IMG/VR virus record: IMGVR_UViG_3300025450_000013
From: a virus
Direction: 5' to 3' (one strand)
DNA length: 64,000 nucleotides
Each line of letters begins with the position of its first letter. The stretch's first letter is position 1. The translations under genes and the position numbers were made by a program. Under the pieces are notes generated by a model. It was not told where the DNA came from and did no database searches. It worked only from the letters and a program-made list of their open reading frames with translations. Positions 1 to 9,708 of this stretch are shown piece by piece.

Positions 1-368
1 CGACCAAATAAGTCATCACAAATTTCTTGGTAAGGTTGTTCGTAAACTTCCGATTTTTGTTTGTCGGTTCCTGGTAGGAATCCCATGTCGCGGCTTGGTA
101 CGACCGATCGGATGATAACAACCTTCTTATATGTCTTTTCGTGTAGAACTTCTTTTAATGCGAGATAAGATGACAGAAAGGTTTTACCGGTGCCGGCATA
201 ACCGTGTAACATAAGATTTGCTCCGCTATCATATGCGTCCCACACTCTTTGCTGGTTTACTGTTAGTGGATTTATATGACGCAATTCAAAGTGGTTTTTC
301 TCAGCGGCGTTTTGTGCAGATATCTCATGGTTTGGATTACGGTTATTTTTCTTTCTTTTTACAGACAT
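1..368 (-). CDS. phoH: PhoH-like ATPase (runs off window start)
   Basis: Manual translation from ATG at 368: MSVKRKK...PLTVNQQRVWDAY...LHGYAGTGKTF...IIRSVVPSRDMGFLPGT...YEQPY; Walker A plus PhoH motifs. Not in the ORF track. Confidence 0.92.
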   Translation of the reverse strand, partial: MSVKRKKNNRNPNHEISAQNAAEKNHFELRHINPLTVNQQRVWDAYDSGANLMLHGYAGTGKTFLSSYLALKEVLHEKTYKKVVIIRSVVPSRDMGFLPGTDKQKSEVYEQPYQEICDDLFG

Positions 369-406
369 ATCTTTACCTTTTTGTTTTTTGTTATTCACAG
401 CCTCAT

Positions 407-444
407 AAACAAAAGAGGCCAACGCCTTGCGGGCGCGGCCTCTA
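407..444 (-). terminator. Intrinsic terminator-like hairpin between the FmdB-like gene and phoH
   Basis: Minus strand AGAGGCCGCGCCCGCAAGGCGTTGGCCTCT followed by TTTGTTT. Confidence 0.65.
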
Positions 445-475
445 TTCGGGGATTTCTTGGGTGGTTGAGACAGTT

Positions 476-739
476 CTAAATCTCCTTTGGAATGTCCCAG
501 CGTCTATTCGCAACGGCAGAGGCCTCTGGTACAGCCGACTTAATTCTGCCTAATACATATTTCTGAAAATCTGCTGGTGGTTTTGTGATACCCACATTAA
601 CTGGGTCAACCATAGTAAAATTACGGAGAACTTGCTCCAAGTGAGGTTTATCGTCTAGATATGTGTCGTGTTCCGCCATCGTCATGGTGACGGTAAATTC
701 TTCATTGGTTTCTTTATTACGAAAAGTATAGTTTGGCAT
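476..739 (-). CDS. FmdB-like small regulatory protein of T4-like phages
   Basis: MPNYTF..ETNEEF N-terminus; position beside phoH. Confidence 0.55.
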   Translation of the reverse strand: MPNYTFRNKETNEEFTVTMTMAEHDTYLDDKPHLEQVLRNFTMVDPVNVGITKPPADFQKYVLGRIKSAVPEASAVANRRWDIPKEI

Positions 740-1059
740 TATTTATTTCCTTTCTTGGTTTCCCAAGATTGACCTAAAGATCCATCACCTCTACTAATAA
801 GACCTTTATCAGCGGCATCAAAGAATGTGCGACCGTAAGCACTGTTTATCTTTTGTTCCATATCAATCATTTGTTGTTTACGTCTTTCGGATCTAACAAA
901 ATTTGTTAGATCATTTTCAAGGCATTCAATCAATTTACCTCTATAAAGATCCGTATCACTTTTAGATTTTGGGTTATACATTCTTTTATTAAAGTTTATC
1001 TCTTTTTGCATACCGTGTATTTTTACACGAATGTTTTTTGGAAGTTTCACATTATCCAT
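739..1059 (-). CDS. Hypothetical protein
   Basis: ORF coupled to neighbours. Confidence 0.6.
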   Translation of the reverse strand: MDNVKLPKNIRVKIHGMQKEINFNKRMYNPKSKSDTDLYRGKLIECLENDLTNFVRSERRKQQMIDMEQKINSAYGRTFFDAADKGLISRGDGSLGQSWETKKGNK

Positions 1060-1583
1060 TTTGGTACCTCACGGTTCTTCCACTTATGTAGGTGCACCTT
1101 ACCAACCTTGTAATAGTTCCGATAGTTGATTATCGGATCTTCTGATATAATGTATTTAGGATCCATCGCACTTGGTGGTTCAGTTAGGCCAGCATTTTTA
1201 ATCTTATGTGGAGGATATCTAAGAGCATGAAGGAGACCATCAGTCTGGACTTTATGTGTCTTTCCATAACGATAAGTATATTCTTTACAATACTCATTTA
1301 ATAAAGACCATAACCAAAGATAATTGGTATCGGTTTCACGGCACCACACGGCCGATGGATGATTGACATGAGTTGCCGAGTATAATGTTACATTGCGGTC
1401 ATCATCAAGGCGCCATCGCTTTACCTTGCGTTTACCACCATCGTCTATATACTCAACACCGTCTAACACTCGGTGCGCTGTGGACAAAAGTTGCGCACTC
1501 TCAAGGATCATCTTAACACAATGAGAGTCCACAGACCACTCGGCACATAATTGTTGGTCGTGGTCAAGGTAAAATATATTCAT
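1047..1583 (-). CDS. Pyrimidine-dimer DNA glycosylase-like protein (DenV/Pyr_excise family)
   Basis: MNIFYLD...HCVKMILESAQLLSTAH...HVNHPSAVW...EYTYRYGKTH; start placed at ATG 1583. Confidence 0.8.
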   Translation of the reverse strand: MNIFYLDHDQQLCAEWSVDSHCVKMILESAQLLSTAHRVLDGVEYIDDGGKRKVKRWRLDDDRNVTLYSATHVNHPSAVWCRETDTNYLWLWSLLNEYCKEYTYRYGKTHKVQTDGLLHALRYPPHKIKNAGLTEPPSAMDPKYIISEDPIINYRNYYKVGKVHLHKWKNREVPKWIM

Positions 1584-1738
1584 TAGATTTCCTCGTAAAA
1601 CATATCCCACCAACCATCACACCACACATTGTAAAGTATCTCATGGACTCCTTCATAAGGATTATCCATAGGGCATACCTTATCAAAATACGCCTCTTTA
1701 CCTTCACTATAAGCGATTTGTTTTAGATAACTATCCAT
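1583..1738 (-). CDS. Small hypothetical protein (NPY...W..GW motif)
   Basis: Manually read 51-aa ORF MDSYLKQIAYSEGKEAYF...NPYE...WCDGWW; TAATG overlap with the next gene. Confidence 0.55.
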   Translation of the reverse strand: MDSYLKQIAYSEGKEAYFDKVCPMDNPYEGVHEILYNVWCDGWWDMFYEEI

Positions 1739-1894
1739 TACGACCTCTCAATAACATCCAGCAAATCTTCCAGAAACATCACCTCATTTAAATATGCAGC
1801 CTCTGTAAAGTCAAGAGGACCATACTCATCTATTTGCATATTTTTAATAAATGGACGGAGAATAGCAAGTCGTTTAAGTATTTTTGTCTCAACT

Positions 1895-2272
1895 TCAACC
1901 AACGCTTGATCGGACATTTTTCTTTACCTCGTTTGTGTGACTGCACCATTTGCGATAATGATATGCCGTGCAGGTGCATGAATAACGACCAAAGTTACCG
2001 CGGGTAATTACATATGTTTTTTTATCACCATTTACTAGAGTGACGCCATCATCATACTTGTCATTACCAGTCCATGCCTCCAATATATCACGTTTATCCA
2101 GAATACGAGCCGGTGCATCAGCATCACCAGTGGTCAGCATAAACTCGTATTCAGATAAACCTTTTGGTTTAGGAAGAACCACACGACCTTCATAATAATT
2201 ATATTCAGGTTGTGGAACGTAGCAAGAACCCGGCCGATAGGCCGAGTTCTTGTATTTAACTTTGAGGCGCAT
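1895..2272 (-). CDS. SWIM zinc-finger protein
   Basis: C-terminal YSCTCTAYHYRKWCSH (CxC..CxH). Confidence 0.7.
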   Translation of the reverse strand: MRLKVKYKNSAYRPGSCYVPQPEYNYYEGRVVLPKPKGLSEYEFMLTTGDADAPARILDKRDILEAWTGNDKYDDGVTLVNGDKKTYVITRGNFGRYSCTCTAYHYRKWCSHTNEVKKNVRSSVG

Positions 2273-2523
2273 TAAATAATCCTCACATCTATAGTATCCT
2301 CAAAAAACTTTTTCAAGGACTTTTCGAACTCCCTATTATTATTTTTATATAATGCTAGGAAGTTTAAGTATAAGGTATGGATTTCGTCATGCATATTTTC
2401 TAATGACTCCGAGTTTTCATCAGTCTCACCCGGCATCATAACATGATATTCACGATCCTCCAGTTCAGCGATTAGATCATCCGTATCAAAATTATTTAGA
2501 TCAAGAGTGACGATAGTTGACAA
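2272..2523 (-). CDS. Hypothetical protein
   Basis: ORF with AGGAG RBS. Confidence 0.65.
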   Translation of the reverse strand: MSTIVTLDLNNFDTDDLIAELEDREYHVMMPGETDENSESLENMHDEIHTLYLNFLALYKNNNREFEKSLKKFFEDTIDVRII

Positions 2524-2539
2524 CTAACACTCCTATTAG

Positions 2540-3142
2540 TTAGATGATTTTTGAGAGGTCAACACCGTCGATGGAGTCCCAATCTTTGTCAACCGAGAAT
2601 GAGGTGGCAACCTCACCACTGGTGCCAAATTGTTCCGTTACGTCATCAAAATCACGGACTTTCTTAGCGACCTTTTTCTTAGCGGCCACTTTCTTCATAC
2701 CCATGTCCTTAGCAACCTTGCGGAGTGTATCAAGGTTCTTTGCCTTGATTTCAGCAATATTTTCTGCTTCAGTAACGGCACGAACAATAGCGGCATTTTC
2801 AGCAGCCAATGCCTTAGAAGCAGTAAACTTTTTATTTACTTTTTTGACAATCGTAGAAAGTTTAACCGTCTTGGCCTTAGGTGCCTTAGGTTGTGCGGCA
2901 CGGAGTTCCGCAGCATTAGCAGGCTCGGCGATCATTGTATAAGAAACGACCTTGCGGCCATCTTTATTGGCGGTGATAGTGAAACCATACCGCGTATTGA
3001 GGAAGGACACATACTTGGCAGCATAATCGCCAGTGCCGACATGGTCATTGATTTCGGCAGGCGTAACAGTTTTACCCATCACAAGAACCGCAAGGGCGCG
3101 GATTTCAGGGCGGATACCGTTGGATGCAGATACTTTAGGCAT
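2540..3142 (-). CDS. Early hypothetical protein, Lys/Ala-rich (possibly DNA-binding)
   Basis: AAGGA RBS before MPKVS; immediately downstream of a sigma70-type promoter. Confidence 0.65.
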   Translation of the reverse strand: MPKVSASNGIRPEIRALAVLVMGKTVTPAEINDHVGTGDYAAKYVSFLNTRYGFTITANKDGRKVVSYTMIAEPANAAELRAAQPKAPKAKTVKLSTIVKKVNKKFTASKALAAENAAIVRAVTEAENIAEIKAKNLDTLRKVAKDMGMKKVAAKKKVAKKVRDFDDVTEQFGTSGEVATSFSVDKDWDSIDGVDLSKII

Positions 3143-3177
3143 TCGATTTCCTTTCACATTTCTCATTTAATACGGAC

Positions 3178-3243
3178 ATTATAACACAACGGACGGATAT
3201 GGCAACCAAAATCGTTTGTAAACACATGCGACAGGTTGTCGCA
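3178..3243 (-). promoter_or_regulatory. Early sigma70-type promoter with upstream TGCGACA-N3-TGTCGCA palindrome (copy 1)
   Basis: TTGCCA-16-TATAAT; palindrome at 3227-3243, 21 bp upstream of the -35. Confidence 0.75.
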
Positions 3244-3244
3244 C

Positions 3245-3442
3245 CTATAGGTTGTGGTGTTGACAATAGAAATCCTCTCTATAGAAATCGTCTATAATAC
3301 GATTGATTTGCTCTATAGGGATTGTCAACGCCAGACGGTCGTTTACATACGTCTGGACTTGCTGTTCCGTCTGGGCACCGTATTCGATGGCCTGAACCAC
3401 CAACTCATCTACTTCCAAAGCAAGGTCGGACATTCTAGACAT
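3245..3442 (-). CDS. Hypothetical protein
   Basis: GGAGG RBS. Confidence 0.65.
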   Translation of the reverse strand: MSRMSDLALEVDELVVQAIEYGAQTEQQVQTYVNDRLALTIPIEQINRIIDDFYREDFYCQHHNL

Positions 3443-3444
3443 TA

Positions 3445-3675
3445 TTAACCCTCCACAAGGTTGTCAATATCGGACTGGGAAACGACCGTGACGGTCAGAC
3501 CTTTTAGCCATTGGTTAATATGCTTTGAGGTCGTGCGGGAATACTTTTCTTCGGTCATTAACCAACCTTGAATAGGATGGAAAGCGGCCACTGGAGTCCG
3601 ATATGAGAAAAGCACCTTAATGCCATTCTCAAAGACGATTACATTTTGGTTTGAACCATGCGGAATGAGTTTCAT
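3445..3675 (-). CDS. Hypothetical early protein (LFSYRTPVA...YSRTTSKHIN family)
   Basis: Common small phage protein motif; start placed at MKLIPH. Confidence 0.65.
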   Translation of the reverse strand: MKLIPHGSNQNVIVFENGIKVLFSYRTPVAAFHPIQGWLMTEEKYSRTTSKHINQWLKGLTVTVVSQSDIDNLVEG

Positions 3676-3847
3676 ATTAATTTCCCCATTGATAGTTGAC
3701 GAAAGAGTTAATTTTTCCTTGTAGTGTAAGGGCATGAAGTTTTACAAAAAATGGAACAGGTGCGTCTATGGTTAGATAGGCAAAGAAGCTATTGACTTTA
3801 TACATAATAAGGTTTTTCATGTTTACTATCCTCTCTGATTATGTCTA

Positions 3848-3914
3848 ATAATAGCATAAACGGACGGAACAGTCAATCAAAATCGTATGTCAACAGATGC
3901 GACAGGATGTCGCA
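3848..3914 (-). promoter_or_regulatory. Early promoter with palindrome (copy 2)
   Basis: TTGACT-17-TATTAT; palindrome at 3898-3914, 21 bp upstream of the -35. Confidence 0.75.
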
Positions 3915-3991
3915 CCTTGCGATTGTAAACCTTCTTGCTGTTGACAATCCGCTGTTTACATACAGGATTGCGGAGTGCCTTGGCAACAGGA

Positions 3992-4231
3992 TTAACAGTC
4001 TGGATCAAAGTCATGCCATTCTTGCGCTTCGTCCGGTTGGCCGTCATAATCATCTTCCTCCTCTGCTAGTTCACCATAAAACTCGGCATAATAATTACTC
4101 AAAAAGTTTGCGACCTCGGACTCGGACAGATAGTTGAGAAGGTCACGGATCAATTCATCACGATCCAACACACCTTCATCCTTAGCCTCAATAACAGCAT
4201 TGGTGAACCTACGCATTATGTTTACTCCCAA
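3992..4231 (-). CDS. Acidic hypothetical protein (GQPDEAQEWHDFDPDC C-terminus)
   Basis: C-terminal motif recurrent in phage early genes. Confidence 0.65.
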   Translation of the reverse strand: MGVNIMRRFTNAVIEAKDEGVLDRDELIRDLLNYLSESEVANFLSNYYAEFYGELAEEEDDYDGQPDEAQEWHDFDPDC

Positions 4232-4533
4232 TCAATGTGAAACGTTAGAGATAATTTTAACTCCTGGTAATGTCTAACCTTTTTCATCATGGCATTTCTG
4301 GTAATGTTTTTATAGACGACTTGATCACCGTTTTTAAGATATACCGTCAATGTATAACTCTTTATGTTATGCATTATCTTTCCTCTACACTCCAAGAGAT
4401 ATAGTTTTCTTTCTTAGAATAAAGATCAATATACCTACAGGCCGCAGTTCGTGAGATACCACGGAATGTAAGGTCATAACCTTTGAACCAAATCGACAGA
4501 TTGAAAGTTTTCACATTAGCCATATTATATTCC

Positions 4534-4740
4534 TTAGAAGTTAGCGGAGTCGTCAAACGCAAAAAATTTCACCTCTTGCGTTTCATCACTATCAGCAAAT
4601 ATCACCACATCATTTTCCATAACCTCATCGGCGGCACGCTTATCCCATAGTCTATGGATAAAGTCAGGAGTGCCGAACACCTTGACGGCCGTATGATAAC
4701 GGTTATCTTTGAAACCCACAAAGTGGATGGCGTTATTCAT
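4534..4740 (-). CDS. Hypothetical protein
   Basis: MNNAIHFVGF...FGTPDFIHRLWD; TAATG coupling to a small upstream ORF (4740-4874). Confidence 0.6.
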   Translation of the reverse strand: MNNAIHFVGFKDNRYHTAVKVFGTPDFIHRLWDKRAADEVMENDVVIFADSDETQEVKFFAFDDSANF

Positions 4741-5343
4741 TATTTCTCCATCACATAAGTCCACTTACCATCGGACCATTGTTTACAACGGACAATCTTA
4801 TAACCTTGAGCATCAAATTCCTCAATACGTTTAGCCACGTAACGGAAAGAACCAGATACGATTACTTGCTTCATATTAATCCTCCAAAGTTCCAGGAACA
4901 GCCCACCAAGAAACATCTACAGGCAGGATTGCATTGTATAACCAGGTGATAACATCAATTCTGCGTTTACCAAAATCCGTTTCTGAATAAAAGACAACCA
5001 TATTAACCTCCAAAATAAGCGATAAGACCAACACCGAACATAAGACCAACCAAAGTCAGGAAAAGACCGAGGCATTGGACCATTTGTTCATCATCTTTAA
5101 ACATTATCAGACTCCGAGAGTAAAGCAACAAGAGCAAAAGAAACTGGAATAGCCAGCGATACGGTTAGAGCGATTATTTCCAACATTAGATACCTTTCAC
5201 CTTTTTGCCAGTGGTATAACCCTTCTTAGGGCGTTTAGGTGCCTTACACACCTTAATATCATTACCCTTGAGGAAGAAGTCCTCCAACTGGTCAAGAGTA
5301 ACCTGAATAGCGGGTTTTTTAGCAGCAAAACGAGCATTAGCCA

Positions 5344-5670
5344 TTATCTTACATCCGTGTTAAGTTTAGGTTTGCGGGATTTGATTAGTTCACGTTCTAA
5401 GGTATGAGCAGCGGACTTACCGCGGACCACGTCCAATACAGTAACGTCAAAGGCATCAGCGCCATATTTACGTATAGCAACACAGAGCTTCCAGTTTTTG
5501 TTTTCTGTAAGGGCCCGTCGGACATGTTTCTGCCACCTTCTGGTTAGGGATTTCTTCACTGCCGACCGTTCGACAAAGGTCACACCAATGTATTCCTGTC
5601 CGTTTACAGACAGACTGTAAACAAGGTGTTTACGATCAGACCGTGATTTCCGCTTTTGTGTTTTCATCAT
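5344..5670 (-). CDS. Short GIY-YIG-family protein
   Basis: LVYSL..NGQEYIGVT..RRWQKH..AIRKYG..ERELI..PKLN. Confidence 0.7.
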   Translation of the reverse strand: MMKTQKRKSRSDRKHLVYSLSVNGQEYIGVTFVERSAVKKSLTRRWQKHVRRALTENKNWKLCVAIRKYGADAFDVTVLDVVRGKSAAHTLERELIKSRKPKLNTDVR

Positions 5671-5676
5671 GGACGT

Positions 5677-5743
5677 ATAATAGCACTAAGGAACGGAATA
5701 GTCAATAAAAAAGGTATGTAAACAACTGCGACAGGATGTCGCA
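5677..5743 (-). promoter_or_regulatory. Early promoter with palindrome (copy 3); probably a leaderless transcript
   Basis: TTGACT-17-TATTAT, 6 bp before the ATG at 5670; palindrome at 5727-5743. Confidence 0.75.
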
Positions 5744-5770
5744 CCCTGGCCGTCGTTTACATACCCTCGT

Positions 5771-5809
5771 TTACAAATAGATATAGAAATTGGATGGATA
5801 AATAGTCAT
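5771..5809 (-). pseudogene. Truncated homing-endonuclease N-terminus (MTIYPSNFYIYL*)
   Basis: 12-aa ORF starting in the cassette; resembles [19 protein letters not shown] of the gene at 16694. Confidence 0.65.
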
Positions 5810-5874
5810 GCTGGTGCTCCTCTAAAGCATTAGAGTAGGTGGGTTCCCCAACCGCGACCTACATGACTATTTAG
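5798..5874. repeat. Endonuclease-leader cassette copy A (orphan)
   Basis: ATAAATAGTCATG-CTGGTGCT..AGCATTAG-A-GTAGGT.GGTT..AACC.GCG.ACCTAC-ATGACTATTTAG. Confidence 0.85.
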
Positions 5875-5880
5875 TAGTTC

Positions 5881-6075
5881 TTATTTTTCAAAGAAATCAT
5901 CACATTCATCCCAATCTTCTAAATGTGATTCCCATGCCTTCTTGAGGTTCTTTAGTGGACGGCGATCACGACGCATTTCGGACTCTGGGCGTTCCAATTT
6001 GCGACCACCATATTTACGGTCTTCTTCTTGTAGTTCAACATAAGGATCTTTGAAAGTGTTTTTTAGTTGCTTCAT
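5881..6075 (-). CDS. Hypothetical protein
   Basis: ORF following the DUF6433-like gene. Confidence 0.6.
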   Translation of the reverse strand: MKQLKNTFKDPYVELQEEDRKYGGRKLERPESEMRRDRRPLKNLKKAWESHLEDWDECDDFFEK

Positions 6076-6081
6076 GTTATT

Positions 6082-6531
6082 CTACCCTTGTGGTAATAAT
6101 CCTGGGAACGCTTCATTAACAAGCGCCTCAGTTAAATGTGGTACCTTCTGATCTTTTAGAATGATACCCATATAGACATCAGCCTCTTTAGGCTCTAGAC
6201 TTTCCAATACTTGTAGTAAAAGTTCTTTCTTTCTTTTTTCGGTGAGTGCGGGAGGTGTGCGTGGATGGTTTTCCATGAAAAGATAGATTTTATCCAATGC
6301 CTGTGACATATTGCTATAACCCATACCAGGAGGTAGGTCTGTTTCTTTCTTCCAATTCGGTGCTTCTTTGATTACATATGTAGCACCTGGATGAAATGTT
6401 CCTTTTAGGACATTTACCAAAGCAAATGTTTCATTTTCTTTTAGGACCGCAATACGGTCTTTCTTAGTCTTAGCCTTGCGGAAATCATCAAAGACTTCAT
6501 ATACATTTTTCTTACTCATTATATTCCTCAA
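6082..6531 (-). CDS. Conserved T4-like hypothetical protein (DUF6433-like)
   Basis: Follows rnh; LQVLESLEPKEA...LVNEAFPGLL. Confidence 0.7.
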   Translation of the reverse strand: MRNIMSKKNVYEVFDDFRKAKTKKDRIAVLKENETFALVNVLKGTFHPGATYVIKEAPNWKKETDLPPGMGYSNMSQALDKIYLFMENHPRTPPALTEKRKKELLLQVLESLEPKEADVYMGIILKDQKVPHLTEALVNEAFPGLLPQG

Positions 6532-7388
6532 AAATCGTTGATGGACTCAATCATTACTTTGAGGCCCTTATCTATAAAGTAGTTCAACATTTTCTCTTTC
6601 GTCGCCACTTTGGTATTTTCAAACGCGGAAACGATGCTTGCCTGAATGTCTCCTGGTATATAGTCAAAATCAACCAAAGTTTGATTACGTTTATAACCAC
6701 GTAGCATAATATCCGTAGTGCAGAAAGTTTCGGCATCCTGACTAATCCATTCCTGAAGACGTTTACTATTTATGACCTTTTGACGTTCGCCTGCCGCAAA
6801 GGTATTGTCTGGTGATAGAAAGTTAGGAATGCCATCACCACGGTCACCTTTAAGAATGTGTTCACGGATGAATGTGGTAGGGTTATCAATCTTAATGAAC
6901 CGCTTTAGAATAGGTGAATACTGGGTTACATTAGGATATTTCTGTAGTTGACCAAAGTCTTTGTCCGACGACAAAATGAGAATGTTACTGCTCGACGACA
7001 ATCTAGCAGTAAGGACGGCAATGATATCATCCGCCTCGGCACCTTCTACATCCAACACCTTGTAAGGGAAACTCTCTTTGAACTCATCGCGGATTTTGTT
7101 GAGAGTGTCAAAGATAAGGTGCCAATCAAGCCCACTGGCCTCGCGGTCGTGCTTGCGCTGGCTCTTATAGAATGGAAAAAACTCACGACGCCAATACTTC
7201 TTGGAGTCGCAACAAAGTATTACATTAGGATATTTTGATTTGAACTGTCTTACATTAGCACGGATAGTATTGATAGACATATGACGAATAAGGTCCTCAT
7301 TCATCTCATGCGATTTACTTATTTGTTTCAGGTGTTGCATCAAGTTGGAAATGAGGACCTGATTTAGATCCACCATGATATAAGACAT
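6528..7388 (-). CDS. rnh: RNase H / 5'-3' exonuclease (T4 rnh)
   Basis: VDLNQV, YWRR..FPFYKSQR, EADDIIA, SSDKDFGQL, GDRGDGIPN. Confidence 0.93.
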   Translation of the reverse strand: MSYIMVDLNQVLISNLMQHLKQISKSHEMNEDLIRHMSINTIRANVRQFKSKYPNVILCCDSKKYWRREFFPFYKSQRKHDREASGLDWHLIFDTLNKIRDEFKESFPYKVLDVEGAEADDIIAVLTARLSSSSNILILSSDKDFGQLQKYPNVTQYSPILKRFIKIDNPTTFIREHILKGDRGDGIPNFLSPDNTFAAGERQKVINSKRLQEWISQDAETFCTTDIMLRGYKRNQTLVDFDYIPGDIQASIVSAFENTKVATKEKMLNYFIDKGLKVMIESINDF

Positions 7389-7397
7389 TTTCTTTCC

Positions 7398-7886
7398 TTA
7401 CATTAGGGATTTAGCATACTTGCATCTGTTGGCGAAACCGTCGCCGTTCTCTGGATGGTCTTTAGTATAACCTCTTGGTCTTTCATAGGCAATAGCAACC
7501 AATAAGGCCTCATCAATGTTTGTGGTTTTATGTAGTGCCTTACCAACAGGCATTTCAGAACCTTGTGTAAGCTCCCAGTTTACGAAACGGGCCTGTGTAT
7601 CAAGGTCACCAATAGGTTTGTCTAGGTTATTGGCGAAGTGTTCCAGATCAGCAAGACGTTGACCACGCCATTGTGCAATACCAAATGCTGTATGATGGTC
7701 ACCCCATACGGAGCAACGTAGGTCTGTATAGGATTCCTGCATAAACTGACCACACATGGCAGCTGCTTGGAAATCTTTCCAACCAAGTTCCATTAATACC
7801 TTCTTTACATATAATGGTCGATCAATACCTTTAAGGGTATTCGGATCTACTGTATCTACCATATCATTCTTCCTCTTCTTTGGCAA
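7398..7886 (-). CDS. Phage tail-type lysozyme (Phage_lysozyme2-like)
   Basis: AAAMCGQFMQES...AFGIAQWRGQR...LDTQARFVNWEL...YERP. Confidence 0.8.
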   Translation of the reverse strand: MPKKRKNDMVDTVDPNTLKGIDRPLYVKKVLMELGWKDFQAAAMCGQFMQESYTDLRCSVWGDHHTAFGIAQWRGQRLADLEHFANNLDKPIGDLDTQARFVNWELTQGSEMPVGKALHKTTNIDEALLVAIAYERPRGYTKDHPENGDGFANRCKYAKSLM

Positions 7887-8265
7887 GTTTTTCTTTTGAC
7901 GCTAACATATCCTCAATCATTTTTTGGATTTGTTCCTCATCCATGTTTTCCATTGCTTTAGCATCCGCTTTGGAAATAATGGTTATATTATCTTCTATAA
8001 AAGGATGTAGGTGATGTTCAAAACCAAACTGACGATATACGGTAGCACGGAGAGCATCTACAACAAGGACAAGATCCTTTGTGAAAGACTCATCTTCAAC
8101 ACTTACATAATAGTTATCAAGTTCAGTGACAATCATTGTAGTTATATCGGTGACAATGGCATCTGCCATTTTCATATCAGCTCGTCTTGCTCTTTCTTCT
8201 AAAACTTCTCCTGGTACATCACGAACAACTTTGTGTTTTGGGAACTCGATAACTTTATCGGTCAT
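7864..8265 (-). CDS. Hypothetical protein
   Basis: MTDKVIEFP start, AAGGA RBS. Confidence 0.7.
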   Translation of the reverse strand: MTDKVIEFPKHKVVRDVPGEVLEERARRADMKMADAIVTDITTMIVTELDNYYVSVEDESFTKDLVLVVDALRATVYRQFGFEHHLHPFIEDNITIISKADAKAMENMDEEQIQKMIEDMLASKEKLAKEEEE

Positions 8266-8368
8266 TTACTTATCCTTATTCTTTATATCTAAGTAGGTTC
8301 CATACAATACCAAAAGCATAGAAATGACACCCACGAACATACCAAGATATATCATAGACCAAATTAGG

Positions 8369-8575
8369 TCAATTTCCGTTGTTTTTAGAATAGTTGAGAC
8401 CATATTCCATTACCTCACTCTTGGTTCTTTCATATAAACCTTTATGCTCATCCTTTGTCCAACCATCTTTATTGACATGCTCGTACCAATAGAGATAGGC
8501 CAACTTATCTATCATATCAATTCTTTCTACCGGTATATTGTTATAGTATTTTATCCCGCCTGTAGGTATTGTCAT
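8369..8575 (-). CDS. Hypothetical protein
   Basis: ATGA-coupled ORF. Confidence 0.5.
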   Translation of the reverse strand: MTIPTGGIKYYNNIPVERIDMIDKLAYLYWYEHVNKDGWTKDEHKGLYERTKSEVMEYGLNYSKNNGN

Positions 8576-9708
8576 TTAACTATCCTCAGTAATATAGTTT
8601 CTTCGTTACAGCGGCCATTGGCCTTTGTTTCTGTTGTCTTAATAGCACTCATAATCTTACGCAAACCAACTTTACCCTCGTTTAACACTTGGGGGATCAC
8701 TTGTTCTGGTTTTCGGAGTTTTTTGGTGACAGAAGTATCTTGATCATATCCGATGATCGTAGTCCCTCTGACAGAAAGCCCGCTATTACCCAAGGCATTA
8801 TACACAGAAAGATTACGATACTTAGTATTGTAGACCCAAAGTTGTTGCGCATGAATAATATCCTTGGATTGGACACTCTTGATATTTAGGTCCTTGTCTT
8901 CAACTTTATACTTTAACTTAGAAACCAAAACATGTGCTGGTTTTTCTTTCTTCTTACGAGGTTTGCGAATAGAGACCTGTGCTGCTGATGTTTCATCAAG
9001 GTGATCTAGGATCTTTTTGATGAAAAGGGCCATAATTTTAAGAACAGGTTTACGCCATCTTTTATATGCTTCCACCAAATCTGGATCTTCACCTTTGAGT
9101 GCTTCGGTGATTTCTTCATATTGCGGCCGGAAATGGTCTGTAATCCTCTTCGCCACTGGCGGTTTGATTGCCTTCTCAAGGGCCCACTTCTTAACGTCAA
9201 ACTGGATTACTCCTTCTCTATAGAAAACGTCTAACTCACCTTCTAGTTCTCCGATGAGGTCCGATGCACGGCTCGCGATGCGGTCTTGTATAGAGACCAC
9301 AACCTTTTGCGGTTGATCTTCTTCAACCTCCGAATTGACCAACACCTCGCTGGCCAGGTCCACAATTCGTTGCTCAATAGATTCCCAGATTCCGTCAGGT
9401 AGGGATGACCCGGTGTGGAGGAGCCGACAGTTCCATCCAATAGAGTGGAGTTCCACAGACTTAACGTTAGATATTCGTCGGATGATTTCTTTGTCATAGT
9501 GAATACTCTTTAGGTAGGATATGGTGAATGACTTAGCATCATCACTTGTATAGAAATAGTTAAACCAGTTATATGCAACAGCCAACTCAGCCTGTGTGGA
9601 ATCCTCCGTAACGGTAGGTTCAGAACCAAGATACTTTTCATCCGCAAATTTAGGACGAGTTTTCACTTTCTTCTCCTTATCTTCCACTTTTTTCTTTCCA
9701 CATTTCAT
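8572..9708 (-). CDS. Conserved T4-like hypothetical protein
   Basis: AYNWFNYFY...LWVYNTKYR...SVRGTTI...KKLRKPE...NGRCNEETILL; true start probably GTG 9687. Confidence 0.75.
   Translation of the reverse strand: MKCGKKKVEDKEKKVKTRPKFADEKYLGSEPTVTEDSTQAELAVAYNWFNYFYTSDDAKSFTISYLKSIHYDKEIIRRISNVKSVELHSIGWNCRLLHTGSSLPDGIWESIEQRIVDLASEVLVNSEVEEDQPQKVVVSIQDRIASRASDLIGELEGELDVFYREGVIQFDVKKWALEKAIKPPVAKRITDHFRPQYEEITEALKGEDPDLVEAYKRWRKPVLKIMALFIKKILDHLDETSAAQVSIRKPRKKKEKPAHVLVSKLKYKVEDKDLNIKSVQSKDIIHAQQLWVYNTKYRNLSVYNALGNSGLSVRGTTIIGYDQDTSVTKKLRKPEQVIPQVLNEGKVGLRKIMSAIKTTETKANGRCNEETILLRIVK

Noticed and set aside
369-475. Pho box upstream of phoH
   Set aside because: No convincing 11-bp-period CTGTCAT repeat is visible.
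5798-5874. Cassette as a hammerhead ribozyme, tRNA or CRISPR repeat
   Set aside because: No CUGANGA/GAAA core, no cloverleaf or CCA end, and the copies are dispersed rather than arrayed with spacers.
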